From: Oikopleura dioica
Lineage: Eukaryota > Animalia > Chordata
Assembly (NCBI GenBank): GCA_907165135.1
Contig: OU015567.1
Span: 3,348,001 to 3,412,000, forward strand
DNA length: 64,000 nt
Direction: 5' to 3'
Made by a program: the position numbers and the translations under genes. Shown here one piece after another: positions 1 to 12,044 of the stretch; positions within the stretch are counted from its first letter, which is position 1; every line of letters starts with the position of its first letter. The notes beneath the pieces are model-generated. The model worked only from the letters and a program-made list of their open reading frames with translations, was not told where the DNA came from and did no database searches.

Positions 1-165
1 GTAAATAATCCTACGGTCAGGGGGACTAGGGGAGGAACTTGTTTGCTGATAGTACCAATCGACTATTGACCGTGTTTATCAAATCTCTGTGTCAACAGGA
101 TTGTAATTTTGGCAGGAGAGGTGATCGGTTAGTTAGTGACAGAAACTTAGAGACTGTTCATTGAA

Positions 166-889
166 ATGGTAAGTTATAGAGTTTCGAAAAAATTGTTCAT
201 TAATTATTAAAGTCGGACGAAGAACCAGAACCTATAGAAATTCCAAAGGGCGATGACGATGGACGAGAACTTGGTACTTTTGGAAAAATCAAAGTCGCGC
301 AAAGAATCAGAGATAATTCTCAATCACGACGTGAGGAGCGCCAGAATCAGCCTCCACCTCCTCAATACCCTCCTCCTCAGCAATATCCTCCACCAGCGCA
401 GCCTATTCAGTATCCACCTGGTCAATATCCGCCTCAAGGTCAATATCCTGAGCAGATTGTGGTCCAGCCTCAGCCAACAATGGTTCAACCCCAGCCAGGA
501 GTAGTAACAGCTCAGCCTGTTGGTTTTGCTCAAGGAGCTTGGGTTCGACCAGACCTTTGTGGTCTTGCATGTGATCCGACAACTTGGTATGCTTCATGGT
601 AAGAAACAGATTTCAAATCAAGGATATCTAAATTGATCAAAGTTGCCCGTGTTGTGCTCGAGGAGAACAAGCAGAATTGATGGGCGAAAGCTACTTGTCC
701 GCGTTTTTGATTCGGTGGTGCTTTTTCTGTGCTTCGACATGCACTCTTCATGGAGAGCGTAATAGACTTCGAACACGATATAACATCCCAGCTACCGATG
801 GATTCTGCACGGTCTACTGGTGCGAATCATGTGTTGTTTCACAGCAGTTGCATCAACTGAGAACTGTACCAATCAAACCACTTTATTGA
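166..889 (+). CDS. PLAC8/cornifelin-family Cys-rich protein, copy 1 (3 exons; Pro/Gln/Tyr-rich N-terminus)
   Basis: ATG 166-168 then GT-AG intron 169-212; exon 2 reads SDEEPEP...PPPQYPPP...QGAWVRPDLCGLACD; intron 599-642; exon 3 CCPCCARGEQAELMG...ERNRLRTRYNIPATDGFCTVYWCESCVVSQQLHQL, matching the PLAC8 CxPC...R.RY.I....C....C..C...Q pattern. Confidence 0.85.
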
Positions 890-1164
890 TGCGAGTTATT
901 ATGAATTTCAATAGAGAAAATATTTGATACTGAATATTTGTGAACATTTTTTCCGCACAAATGTCATCGCAACAGAACTAAATAATTCCTACGCAGCTAT
1001 CAATGTTCCTAAAGAATTTGGTTCTTGTCAGTAGCTCCGTCTATCTTGAAATCTGTCATGATACAAAATCGTAAACAAATAAAACCCTGTGAAAACAATT
1101 GAAATTTTTGATAAAATCCAGACTTTTCTTGCATAGAATCAGTTTTGTTTTTCAAAAAGTGAAA

Positions 1165-1799
1165 ATGGTAAGATTTAAGGAGAGAATTAAAATTAAAATT
1201 TTGAAAGAGTGATACTGAAGATACTGAAACCTCCAGCTCTAGTTCCAGTTCAAGTGAGTCCGATTCTAATTCCAGCGGAGACGAAGACGAGCGAGCAAAG
1301 AAGCTCAGAAGAATCGCGTTGGCAAAACGACGAGCTGAAAAACGAAAGAAGAAACAGGAAGCTGATCAAGGTGCTGTTGTTAATTCTGATGCACAGGTTA
1401 TTACCACCCAACCTGTTGTCTTCACTCAGGGCGCTTGGGTTCGACCGGATCTTTGTGGACTTTGCTTTGATAGTCTTATGTGCTACGCTTGCTGGTATTT
1501 GTTGAGGTTGTAACACTGCGAACACCTATTTAAGGTGTACCCCTTGTGCTCGCGCAGAAGTTGCTGAAATGATGGGCGGAAGCTACGCCGGAGCATTTCT
1601 CTTTTGCATGTTTTTCCCTTGTTTTGCTTTTTGCACTCTTTGTAGCGAGCGAGACCGAATTCGTATGAGATTCAACATCCCGAAGACTGATGGCTGCTGT
1701 ACCGTTATGTGCTGCAACACCTGCGTCATGGCTCAACACATGTACCAACTTCGAGCGGTGCGGGTCGTCCCGCAATATCCACCAGCATTTTATTACTAA
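1165..1799 (+). CDS. PLAC8/cornifelin-family protein, copy 2 (Ser/acidic then basic N-terminus)
   Basis: Same layout as copy 1: ATG-only exon 1165-1167, intron to 1207, shared QGAWVRPDLCGL motif, same intron position, C-terminal CTPCARAEVAEMMGG...ERDRIRMRFNIPKTDGCCTVMCCNTCVMAQHMYQL. Confidence 0.85.
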
Positions 1800-2235
1800 T
1801 AAATAGGCATTTGATTCTCCTGGAACCGGAAGATTGAAATTTTTGCCCTCGAAATTGAGCAATTTTAATTCCGACTCCCTAATTGAGCTGAGAATTGACG
1901 ACAAATAATCGTCTACTTAGAAATCAATTGAGAAATTCGCCGAGTGAACGTGAGCTAACCCAGTGTCATCGGACAATCACCCTACTTTGCAACAGATACA
2001 GTATTCAAAGATAAAAGAAAAGAGTTCTAAAAGCAGAGCCGGTTTGATAAGAAATGATCCCATTTCGAGACAACGCATAACATATTTCCAACAAATAGGA
2101 TCACAATTCTTATCAGATTCCCATGCAATCTTACTGCAGAGAAAAAAAGTGCTTTCGTCAAGAGTCAGAATTATGCGCAAATATCAGGCCCTTGCCTCTT
2201 AAAAAGCTCAATCTGGTTCAAAAAGAATAACAAAG

Positions 2236-3558
2236 ATGAAATTTCTACTTTATATTTTTCTTATTGAGGCTTCTTTGCTTGAACACTGCCCGTAAGAATA
2301 ATCAAAATTTTTGAAAAATAAGACTTTTTGCTTCAGAGACGAGAATTTACATGATATTTGTTCGACGCAGTGCAGAAGGGACTACAATTCCTGCTTGTTA
2401 GATTGCGCCTCGACTAACTGCTTTGACAATTGCATTACTGAGTATGCTATTTGTAATGATTTTTGCCCATGTGGAGAAAAATGCCCGGTAGGTTGTGAAA
2501 ATTGTAGTCATCCGCTCTGCCTGACGCCGGTAAAATCCGAATTCTTTCTTTTTTTGCAAAGAATTGTTCAGAACAGGACATTTATTCTGAACTTCATGAA
2601 TAAAATGAGCCAGAGCTACATTCTCTCCGGTGATGGGCTTAAGAAATCGACAGTTGAAATCAGTCCTCCAGGAGATTACACAATCTATTCGCAATATGCA
2701 ATGGTTAAAGATCAGCTGCACATCTTTGGAGGAACTCGAGAGCGAATGAAAAACGTTTGTTTCAACAAAAACCTCTCCATAAAACATTTTTCAGATCATG
2801 AAGCTTGTTGGATGCTCATTTATTGAGCTGTCTGCCCAACTGATCAACAAAATTTCAACAGAAAGTGCGGCCATTTCAGTTAATTCAAACAACATAGCTC
2901 TGATTTGCTTTCCCTCAGGAGAATTCCCTGCTCAAAAGTGCGAAATTTTCAATGGCGAAAACTCAACTTTGACATTTTCCACAGCCTATTCCCACCACAA
3001 AGGCAAACTTGGCGAGTACGAGGGGCGGCCGACAACTGTTGGATCGGTTGACTACCTCTATGGCAATCGAATAACAGAGACGCTAGGAGAAAACGGCTGG
3101 ATTCGTCTTGCAGACCATCCACGGTAAATTCTTACTTTAGTTCTTGCTGATCATTTTTGAGAAACCTCCATTCCCATGACCTCGTTGGCCTCGATTGTGG
3201 AGCGCTACTGTCGATTGGGGAATTGAAAGAAGAGGCACGAGCGAAAAAGAATACATTTCAGACATCTGGAAGCTTGAGAAAAACGTTTGGTCCCTAATTG
3301 GTCAACTGCTGAAGGTAGATTTACATCAAGATTCATCGCTATTTGGTTTTCTAGTCTTTCGGGGAAGGAAGTTCGATCAAAATTGGAACGTCTATTTATG
3401 TCTTTCCAGGGTTTTCCGAAGAGTTGGCTGTTCAAAGAATAGATTTAAGCCCAGCTAAAGAAGACTTGACAGTATCAATTATAATAATTGGCGAACATCA
3501 AGAAATCGTTTACACACCTGTTTTGTTCCATGCTATAGCGGACTACTGTATCTATTAA
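2236..3558 (+). CDS. Secreted protein with Cys-rich N-terminal repeat and kelch-like beta-propeller segments (multi-exon)
   Basis: Signal-like MKFLLYIFLIEASLL; Cys array CSTQCRRDYNSCLLDCASTNCFDNCITEYAICNDFCPCGEKCPVGCENCSHPLC; kelch-like QLHIFGG, PTTVGS, GWIRLADHP; last exon ends PVLFHAIADYCIY*; short GT-AG introns link the ORF pieces. Confidence 0.65.
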
Positions 3559-3603
3559 AAAATAAGCTCCAATACTGTTTGTCTCCAATGAAGCCGATCC
3601 CAA

Positions 3604-3675
3604 GCGTTGGTGGTGTAATGGTCAGCATTGATGCCTTCCAAGCATTATATCCGGGTTCGATTCCCGGCCATCGCA
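3604..3675 (+). tRNA. tRNA-Gly (anticodon TCC)
   Basis: GCGTTGGTGGTGTAATGGTCAGCATTGATGCCTTCCAAGCATTATATCCGGGTTCGATTCCCGGCCATCGCA: cloverleaf, anticodon loop CTTCCAA, GGTTCGATTCC T-loop/B box, downstream oligo-T terminator. Confidence 0.93.
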
Positions 3676-6139
3676 AATTTTTTTCCCCTCTGATTCCTTA
3701 GAAAGGATGAAACCGGCTTTTCGATAATTTCTTTTCAAACAAAACCCGTTCTAGCGTTAGTTTTTATCTATGTCGATGCAAATCCGTCTCCCGGAGCCGC
3801 TCAATTTGACATTTTCTTATATAAATTGAACCAGCAGATCAGACGAGCTTTCAACTAAGAGGCTTTTCAAAAGCTTAAAAAAAAGACGCCTTTCAGCAAG
3901 AAAATAAAAAATAATCGGATTTGCCGAATACTTCCGGTTTCAAAAAACTTCAGGAGAAAAATTGATGACGTATGATTCTAGTGAGATGCCATCTGAAGCT
4001 TGCTTATTTGATTTGTAAAATATGACAACGCTAGAAAAATGATGGTTCTTTTCGACGAAAAATTTTCAGAAGAAATTCATGGTTTTTCATTATTTCAAAA
4101 ATTCAAGTCGAAAAACGTGAACAAAAATGTCCAGCAATAATTGATTTAATTTTATAAATAAATCGAGTTTTTCAGCAAGAGAAACGTTTCCCAATTATGA
4201 AAAATCCATTAAAAATCTCCACCCTTATTTAACCTTAAATACAAAACATTTCGTAAAAATAAAAAATACCATGTCGATCATCAGCACGATTCTGAATTCA
4301 GGAAACGAATCGGAAAGAATCTGTTGTGTAAATGCCGCAACTAAAAAGGGGCCAGCTTCTAACACTTGTTGAAAAACAATGTCACGAGCCGAGTCTAAGC
4401 AGTGATTACCTGGGTGTTTGATTTTCCCAACAAATCGCGTAATGCCGAAAATGTATTTATATCGATGACAGAAAAAATACTGAAACATCGATTTCATGTT
4501 TTCACTTTTTTTATTTTTTACGGAAATAATTCCCAGAAAAGCCGGGAAAAAGCGCGATTCTGAAGCCTTCAATTAAGCCCTTTTTCTTCTTCGTCGGTAA
4601 TTCAGACTTCCTCCTTCGCTTTTATTTTTCCCCTTGATCTTCCTTTTTCAACGAAACCGGGTGTTTTACGATCTTGTCAATCACCATCATTTCCCGGGCG
4701 TGGCGAAAAAGGGTTGAGTTTCCGCCGGAAAGTCAAATTCACCCCTTTTTCGCGTAAAAGAAAAGAGTTTGTACTCCTGATTTTTTAGAATTTATAAGCG
4801 GAGAGGTTTAAATATCACCCGGATCAGATGGCAAGAAATTATAATTTTCAAGCTATCAAGATCGAGAAAAAACCTTTAAAAATCCTTTTAGGGTATTTCA
4901 TATTGAAAACCATACAAACTGTTTATCACTCGTTAAAAAACTTAAGGATATACAGGGTCTTAGAGGTAAGATTGCTAAGTGAAGGTTTTTTCGGGTTTTT
5001 AATTGGGGTAAACCCTTAATTTTTTTTCAGAATAAAGCTTATGTCTAGGTTTCCCTCACCACGTTTGTTGCATTAGTAATTTACCACGGCATACAAAAAG
5101 TCCATCCCCGTGGCCTTCCTTCTTCCTCGCACGCGCGTATTTTTCCTCCTAGATGGCGCTGAAGTGGAGCGCGCCACCGCCGAGCGCCGGAGCAAAAATT
5201 ACTTCCCGGCCAACTCAACTCATCCCATTGTCGACTTTCTACTTTTCTTAAAAGCTCAAAGAAGAAGCACCGCCTTTTTTGACGAAAAACAACGAAGCGC
5301 TCGGACAATTTACAGTTACTGAGAAATTGGACGCTTTTAAACTTGAAAAAAAAGTCAAATTTTGAGCAACGAAAAAAAGAAAACGAAAAAAGGAGTCAAA
5401 ACGTCCCTGAAAAAGAAAGAGAAACAAAAAAACTGCATATAAGGTAAAAGAATAACAGGAAACCATAAATTTCTTCAATTTTTGGACAATAAGTAGAAAA
5501 AGGTTCATCTGAATTTTGAATACCGAAAATAATCGCTTTCGAATCACCGCAAAACCAATAAAACAAAATCTTGATTCTTAGAGGTAACAAACTGTATTCG
5601 CCATATTGAATATTCAAAATTGTTATAACAATTTTTTTTCCCCTTCTTATTAATTTTTGGCAAGAAGTCCCTTTTTCGGTATCCCTTATTCTAGTCTTTG
5701 AACATTTTGTGACTTCAAATCGATGATTTTCTTTATTTCATTTTCTTTATTCAGAAAAAAAAATAAAATTTTAAATATTTTTCTGATGAATGAAGTAAAA
5801 ATAACTACCATGGGCGACAGATGAGAGTTCACGGTAAATATTGAGCTGTTCGGCAAAATATTTAAACGTGAGTTAGAGAGATTGTTATGTTTCCTCTCTT
5901 ATCGTCGGAGGAACAAATTTGTCCGATTTCGCGATTTCGCGTTTCGCGGACTTGATGCGCTGGAGTGCCTCATTTTTATGCAAATGGCGACCGTTGACTG
6001 TCTCTTGAAAAGCGAAGGCTGACGCTGATTTTCATAATCAAAGGACCCACTTTTCGCACTCGTCATTTTTTTAAATCAATTTTATCTGCTAATTCGACAA
6101 TTATTATGTCATAAAATCAGTGGTCAGAGATCTGAATGA

Positions 6140-6196
6140 AAAACCTGAGTCAGGGTTCTGATATAGAATGTACCCTGACTCAGGTTTCTACACAGG
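6140..6196. mobile_element. Collapsed MITE remnant (outer TIR of the family also at 50910 and 56072)
   Basis: AAAACCTGAGTCAGGG ... CCCTGACTCAGGTTT-CTACACAGG inverted repeat matching the termini of the other copies. Confidence 0.6.
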
Positions 6197-6446
6197 CCGC
6201 CAAACCAAGATCCTCCTTTTCATTCCTTAAATTCCGAGAAAACATATGTAACATATGATATGTTCATGAGTCATTTTTTTGGTCTCATTAAACTTTTGAT
6301 TCGTTCTGATTCCCCTAATTGCCCCTAAAATTACCTCCTCAGAAGCCATTTTCAATCTTATTTCAAGTCCAATTATCATCAATTTCGTTCACGTTCGCTC
6401 TTATCAAAGGAAAGAAATAAACAATTGCCATTTTCAGATTTGGACC

Positions 6447-8760
6447 ATGCGACTTTCTGGAATTCTAGCGTCGCTGATTGGATTGGGCGAAGCTCAAGGC
6501 ATCGTTACGGATCAACCCGCCGATTCTGGCATAATCTTCGATCAAGCGGGGGAGACGCATCAGATCACTTACCTGGACAGGGAATTCCAGGATTCCGATG
6601 GTGAGTTTCAATTTTTTCGCGCGGAAATGAGCGTTTTTTCAGTCAATGTCGAGTGCACCAGTACAAACATGTGCATCAAGCTCTCAAAACAATTCCTCAT
6701 CGACGAAAAAATCACCGACAAATTCGAAGGCGTCCACCTTAAAAACTGCGATCAGGAACGGTATCTCCTTAATCTCAAAAGTTCTTCTCGGTTTTCCGAA
6801 AAATGATTCAACAAAATTTTTGATTTCTTTAAATTGATATTTTCTTTATCATTTTTGTTGAACAGCGTGATCGAGCTGGATCAGAGGAACAACACTCGTG
6901 ACTATTGATAAGAAAAAGTACTCATCCTGATAAGGGGATCGGGCAGATATTCTAAACTGAGCGGGTTTGGACACAACTCAGCGTCCGCTTTGAATGTCAC
7001 AAGCTGACTGTTCGCGCAGATTACCGAACCCTTCTTTCTTTTCCGTAGTTTTTTCCCTTCGCGAAATCAATTTTCACCGGATTTTGATTCTGATCTTGAC
7101 TTATACAAAAGAAGTTATGGAGAGACCAGCTAACAGGGCGTGCGCAACGAAACAGAGCAGTTCATCACTTTATGCACCGATCTGGGATTTAACACCTGTG
7201 GCACAGAAATGCACATGAATTCTACGCACGTTTCTTATCTCAACAGACTTTTTACTACCAATCGAGAATCGTCCACTACCGACAAGGTAATTTGTTAAAA
7301 AATTGAACTTAATTTTTGAATTAAGAATTTGAATTAATTTTTTTCTTTAATTTTTCCATATTTTTTTTAATAATTTTTTTAACAATTATTTTTATAATTT
7401 TTTTTCAATAATTTTAAATTTTTCAAATAATTTTCAGGGATCTGTGGTGCTCTCTTCGATCAACGAGTTCATCGTCCCCTGGCATTGCGTCTACCCGCTG
7501 GACTACCTTGTCGGCTTATCCAATGGAGCTGGCAACGATTACGGCTTTTTCATCCCAAAGATCTACGACGTCGTAAAAGTAACGCTTCTCATGCAGCCTG
7601 GCGAGGGAAAGGGTGACTTTCCAGTAACGATGATGTTGTATACTGACAACACTTACGCCGAGGTCTACAACGAGCCCCCAACTTTGAATGTTACTGACAG
7701 GTGAGAAATTAATTTGGACATGCGGCATGTCCCTAATTATAGGGCATGTCACATGCCCTATAATTAGGGATTTCTCGAGAAAGAGTCTCCATCAATAGAA
7801 CTGCTAAAACATTAATAAAAAGAGCCACGTTTTAGTTGAACCCTTTTGAGCTCATCCCCTAATCTCTAATGCCTTCTTATTCTACCACCTAATAGTCAGC
7901 TTGCCGCGGTTCTTCTCATTTTTGGACTTTCTGAGTCCCCAATTATCTGAAAATTGAATTGAAGGCAAAAATTGTCGACGAATATTTTAGGCTCTACGTG
8001 CAAACTCAACTGCTCAAGGGACCGGAAGACTCAGTTATTCAGACGAAGGAGTGCTGGGCGACAGCGTCGGCGGATATTGATGATACGACCAGATATCAGC
8101 TGATTCAAGACTAGTGAGTTGGAATTGGAGATAATTTTGGCTCTCTTATTTGAAGAATCAGCATTTACTAAAACCCTTTTCTAGTTGCGTCGATGATGAA
8201 GCGGATCAACGAGCGGAAGTGGATCTCCTAACGAATGGTGTTTCTCAAACTAGCCGCTGGGAATCCAACGTGTTCAAGTTTGTCGATGAGCCGAACGTGC
8301 ACCTCCATTGCCGGGTCCGAATCTGTTTCACAACCGACGGAAACACCTGCGACCAATTTGATTGCACAACAAGCAGAAAGCGAAGGGAAGCGGGACTTCC
8401 TGTCGATGAGGTAAAAAACTAAAGGGAGAAATTGAAGCAAAACTAAATTGAAGGATGCGATCGTTTCAATCGGACCATTGAAGCTCGGAAACAAAGTGCT
8501 GCTCGTGGACGGACAAGAGACGGAAGAAATCGAAGTTTTCGAAGAGCTGGAAATCATTGAAGCATCAACTTACATCCCGAAATACTTCATTTACATCGTT
8601 GTTGGATGCTTAGTCGTTGTTGTTGGCTTGATTTCGGCCATCATGATCCTCGTCTACAAGAAAAAGAAGGCCAGCGCTAAGGAAAGGGTTGAAAAAAGAA
8701 GAAGATTCGAGAGAGTCTTTTCTAAAACCATCTCCCTCGAAATAATCTGGTATCTTTTTC
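6447..8760 (+). CDS. ZP (zona pellucida)-domain transmembrane protein; 3' end approximate
   Basis: Signal peptide MRLSGILASLIGLGEAQ; ZP-N pieces VECTSTNMCIKL and CGTEMHMNSTHVSYLN; ZP-C FPVTMMLYTD...LYVQTQL...ECWAT...CVDD...FKFVDEPNVHLHCRVRIC; furin-type RKRR; TM YFIYIVVGCLVVVVGLISAIMILVY followed by a basic KKKK tail. Confidence 0.88.
7731..7769. repeat. Perfect 19-bp inverted repeat (1-nt spacer) in ZP gene intron
   Basis: CCCTAATTATAGGGCATGT-C-ACATGCCCTATAATTAGGG. Confidence 0.9.
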
Positions 8761-9343
8761 AACCCCTTTTAAGGCTCGCCTGTACGAGGGCCAATCTAAC
8801 TCCGCTTTCAGCACCTAGGCCCCTTAATTTTTCGCAAAAGTCTTATTTAAAATTTTCCAAAATATTGAAATTTTAAATTTCGCTGCCTTTTTCGCCAATT
8901 TTCGCAGTTTCAAAATTTTCAAACTTTCGCGTGATCGGAAAATACTCTGAAAAGAAATTTTTCGCGCTTGTAAATAAAAAAATAGCCAATAGTCGAATCA
9001 TCAATACAATCTGCTGCTCTTAAAGATTTTTGGTGAAGGAAACAAGCTTCATAAAAAACACAAAAGAAAGACTAGAAGCCACCAAGAAATCGAAAGAAAA
9101 AATTCTTGGCGATATCAAGGAAGAGTATGAAGAAAGAATATTTTTGATATTTCTGTCATGCTTTTTCAAAACTGTACAAATAAATAAAAATTCTTTAATT
9201 TTACTTTTCTTTTTGAAGACAAAGACGAATCATAATTTCACCGGCTTATCATTTACGATACGGCATTATTCACTCACATCATAAAAATTAATTGTCCTAC
9301 TAATCATTGATTGACGAACTCAGGAAACGTATTTTTCGGAATA

Positions 9344-10831
9344 ATGAAGATGACAGAAAAAGCAGTAATAATCTTTCTCCTTTCAATTTTATTCTGCACG
9401 ATTTATTTTGGTGATTTTTCGAGCGTGAAAGAATACGCAGGAATAAAAACGGAGAGACTTTTGAAAGAAAAAATATCGAGTGAAGAAAATGATAGAATTC
9501 AAGATATTCGAAATAGAGAAGTATTTCTAAGAAGAAAGCTGATTTACAACCGAGCATGTTCTGAATTGGGCTCTAGAATTTTTTTCGATTTCAATTTTTT
9601 AACTTTTCTTTTCTCGAAATCAGATCCTAAAGCTCGTAAAAGCTCTTCCTCTTATTCAAGAAACTCTCAAATCCGAACAATTTCCTGGGTTGGGAAAGCT
9701 TCTCCGGCTTCATAAACAAATCCACAACCTAAACGCCCCTCTTCCCAAATTCAACGATAGCTGCATCGCAAATAATGTTATAAAATCAAGCGTGTTCAAC
9801 TTGACAGAATCGATGGACCTGATGATTTGCCTCCCGCCAAAAAGCGGAACAACAAATTGGCAGAAGGGCCTCGATGTTCATTATTTAAAATTGACAAAAG
9901 GATCAAAAGCAGCAAAGGAGTACTCCAAAAGCTCGAGAATCATGAAGCTGGGAATAGTATCTACCATATAATGCCAAGAGTAAATGCCCCAAAACTTCAC
10001 CAATATACGAAAGAAAGAAGAAGTCTCGAAGAAATTCTTACCGCGTCAAATCGAGTCGCAAATACAAGGGAACGGTTCCTCCTCTTTTTTACCAATTTTG
10101 CCTAATTATGGAAGAAACCGCTCAAAGAAACCCATTTGCCCGAGTCTACTCCGCATATCACGACAAAATGCGAGCCATGCCAAAATGGATCAAAGCTTTT
10201 CAAAAATACTTCGTTGCAATTCAGCCTTTCCAGCCCTATTTCGGCACGATCCCAGAGGGAATGAGAACTTCTTTCGAATCGTTTCTCGAATTCATCGCAA
10301 CAAATCGAGGTGAAGCAGGGCACAATGCTCACTGGAGATCGATTTTCTCTCTTTGCTCTGCTTGTGCAATGGATTTTAATCACATCACGCATTTGGAAAA
10401 CAGCAAAGAGGAAATTCCGTCCCTTCTGAGGGAGCTTGGACTTTATGGGAAAATTCATATCGATGGGCAATACACTTGGGATGAGAAAACGCACGGAAAA
10501 TTGAAGAATCGAAGAGACACAGAAAGCACAGAAAGACCACCAGATGAACTTCACTGGCAAAATGTCCCGAGAAAGACGGCAATTGAGATTTATAGACATT
10601 ATTATTTGGATTTCGTGCTTTTTGGCTACTCGACCAAAGATGTCATGAAGTAAGTTTTCCGATGAAAAATGGTAAAATAATATATTTTACAGGTACATAA
10701 GTGCATCAAGAAAAGGGATGCCAAGGCCACCAAGATCAATGCGACAATTATCGAGGCAAAATTTGAGAAGAATGAAAGAAGTGTTTTTAGAAACAGAAAC
10801 TGATTTTATCTGTAATGAAACAGTTTATTGA
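9344..10831 (+). CDS. Carbohydrate sulfotransferase (Sulfotransfer_2 / CHST8-14-like), type II membrane
   Basis: N-terminal TM; 5'-PSB motif CLPPKSGTTNW; 3'-PB motif RNPFARVYSAY; HWRSIFSLCSACAMDFNHI; YYLDFVLFGY; last exon 10693-10831 ends CNETVY*. Confidence 0.9.
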
Positions 10832-11535
10832 AAATTGTGTCTGTTTAATTTATTATTTTTTTCCTTATTATTGTATATTTAGGGATATCGCACAAATTTT
10901 CAAGTACCCGAAAAAAGGGTGCAAACCGATTTTTAGATGGATGATCTAGTAGAACTTAAGACGAGGATTTCAATGCTACCAAAATCATTTCATAATAATG
11001 AGTCATTTTCGTAAAAATTGCGTTCAAAAAGCTCATTTTTCGGATCAGTACGAGGACTGTTTTGTCGTTAATGATTTTATATTTTTTCCTTATAGATATT
11101 GGGCTGAGAAACCCAAATCTGTAAAAAAAAATTCACTGACGCACCTCGCGTTTTGAAAATATGAATTTTTAAAGTTTTCCGAGGTGAATTCTGAGCGGCG
11201 TTGCGTCATTTTGGAGGCGGCCGCACGGGGGCGCGCCCGCTGCATGGCCAAGCTAGCCCGACTCACATTCTTTTCTCTTTACTATTTTATGCTATTTTTC
11301 ATAAAATTGCATATTTTTGGACCTTTTGAGGTGTTTTTTTTATGAATAAGAATATTTAATTGATATCTAGAATATTTGATACAGAAAATTAGTTTTTTTT
11401 TATTATAAATTATAGTTAAATTAAGTAGTTTTTTTCAATTTTTCACACGAAAACTTAATCTGCATTGTCCGTCTCTAGGAGCAAGCCATGCTTGAGTAAA
11501 TATGAAGCTTTTTTTGTTGACGAGAGTTGAAAAAA

Positions 11536-11983
11536 CTGCCAAAGTTCGATCCAACCGCCATTGTCGAGGTCTACCTCCGAGTTGTTGGCGAAGTCGGTGC
11601 CACTTCCGCCCTTGATGGCCAAAACCGGCGGTGCCCGTTTAAAGCAAAGACCTTGACGGGATCCGCTTAGGAGGAGCTGGTAGCTTCACTGAATTAGTTC
11701 GAACGATTCTAGGTCTCCGTCTCCTCGATCATCATCAAGGCCCTCCGAGACAGAAAGAAGGTCAAGAACAGACTGTTCCCATTCCTCTTCCTTCCCCAAC
11801 CGCAACTGCTCAGTCAAGCACATCGGTAGCATCACCTTAGACGACAACATTAACTGCGCTCGAATCATGCGATCACGATCTGGCGCCCGGGATCTTTCCG
11901 GCACCATCCGAGAAATCCTCCGCACTGCCCAGTCCGTTGGATACACCGTCGACGGCTCCGACCACCACGATCTCATCAAATAG
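11536..11983 (+). pseudogene. RPL12: 60S ribosomal protein L12 (uL11) degenerate fragment inside the transposon
   Basis: LPKFDPTAIVEVYLRVVGEVGATSAL ... [14 protein letters not shown]|[11 protein letters not shown]...[33 protein letters not shown]; no initiator ATG, deletions, frame disruption, premature TAG at 11981; 43-nt intron-like insert 11771-11813. Confidence 0.9.
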
Positions 11984-12044
11984 ATAAAGGCCGAAAAAAA
12001 TTGATTTTCCTCTTTAATATATACTGTAGCTATATATGTAAATT

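Noticed and set aside
4225-4572. 115-aa minus-strand ORF
   Set aside because: No recognisable domain or convincing splice partners; may be an exon but cannot be supported
5218-5229. ACTCATCCCATT resembles the 5' end of the Oikopleura spliced-leader RNA as I recall it
   Set aside because: Only ~12 nt match; the rest of the leader, the donor site and an Sm-site context are not evident
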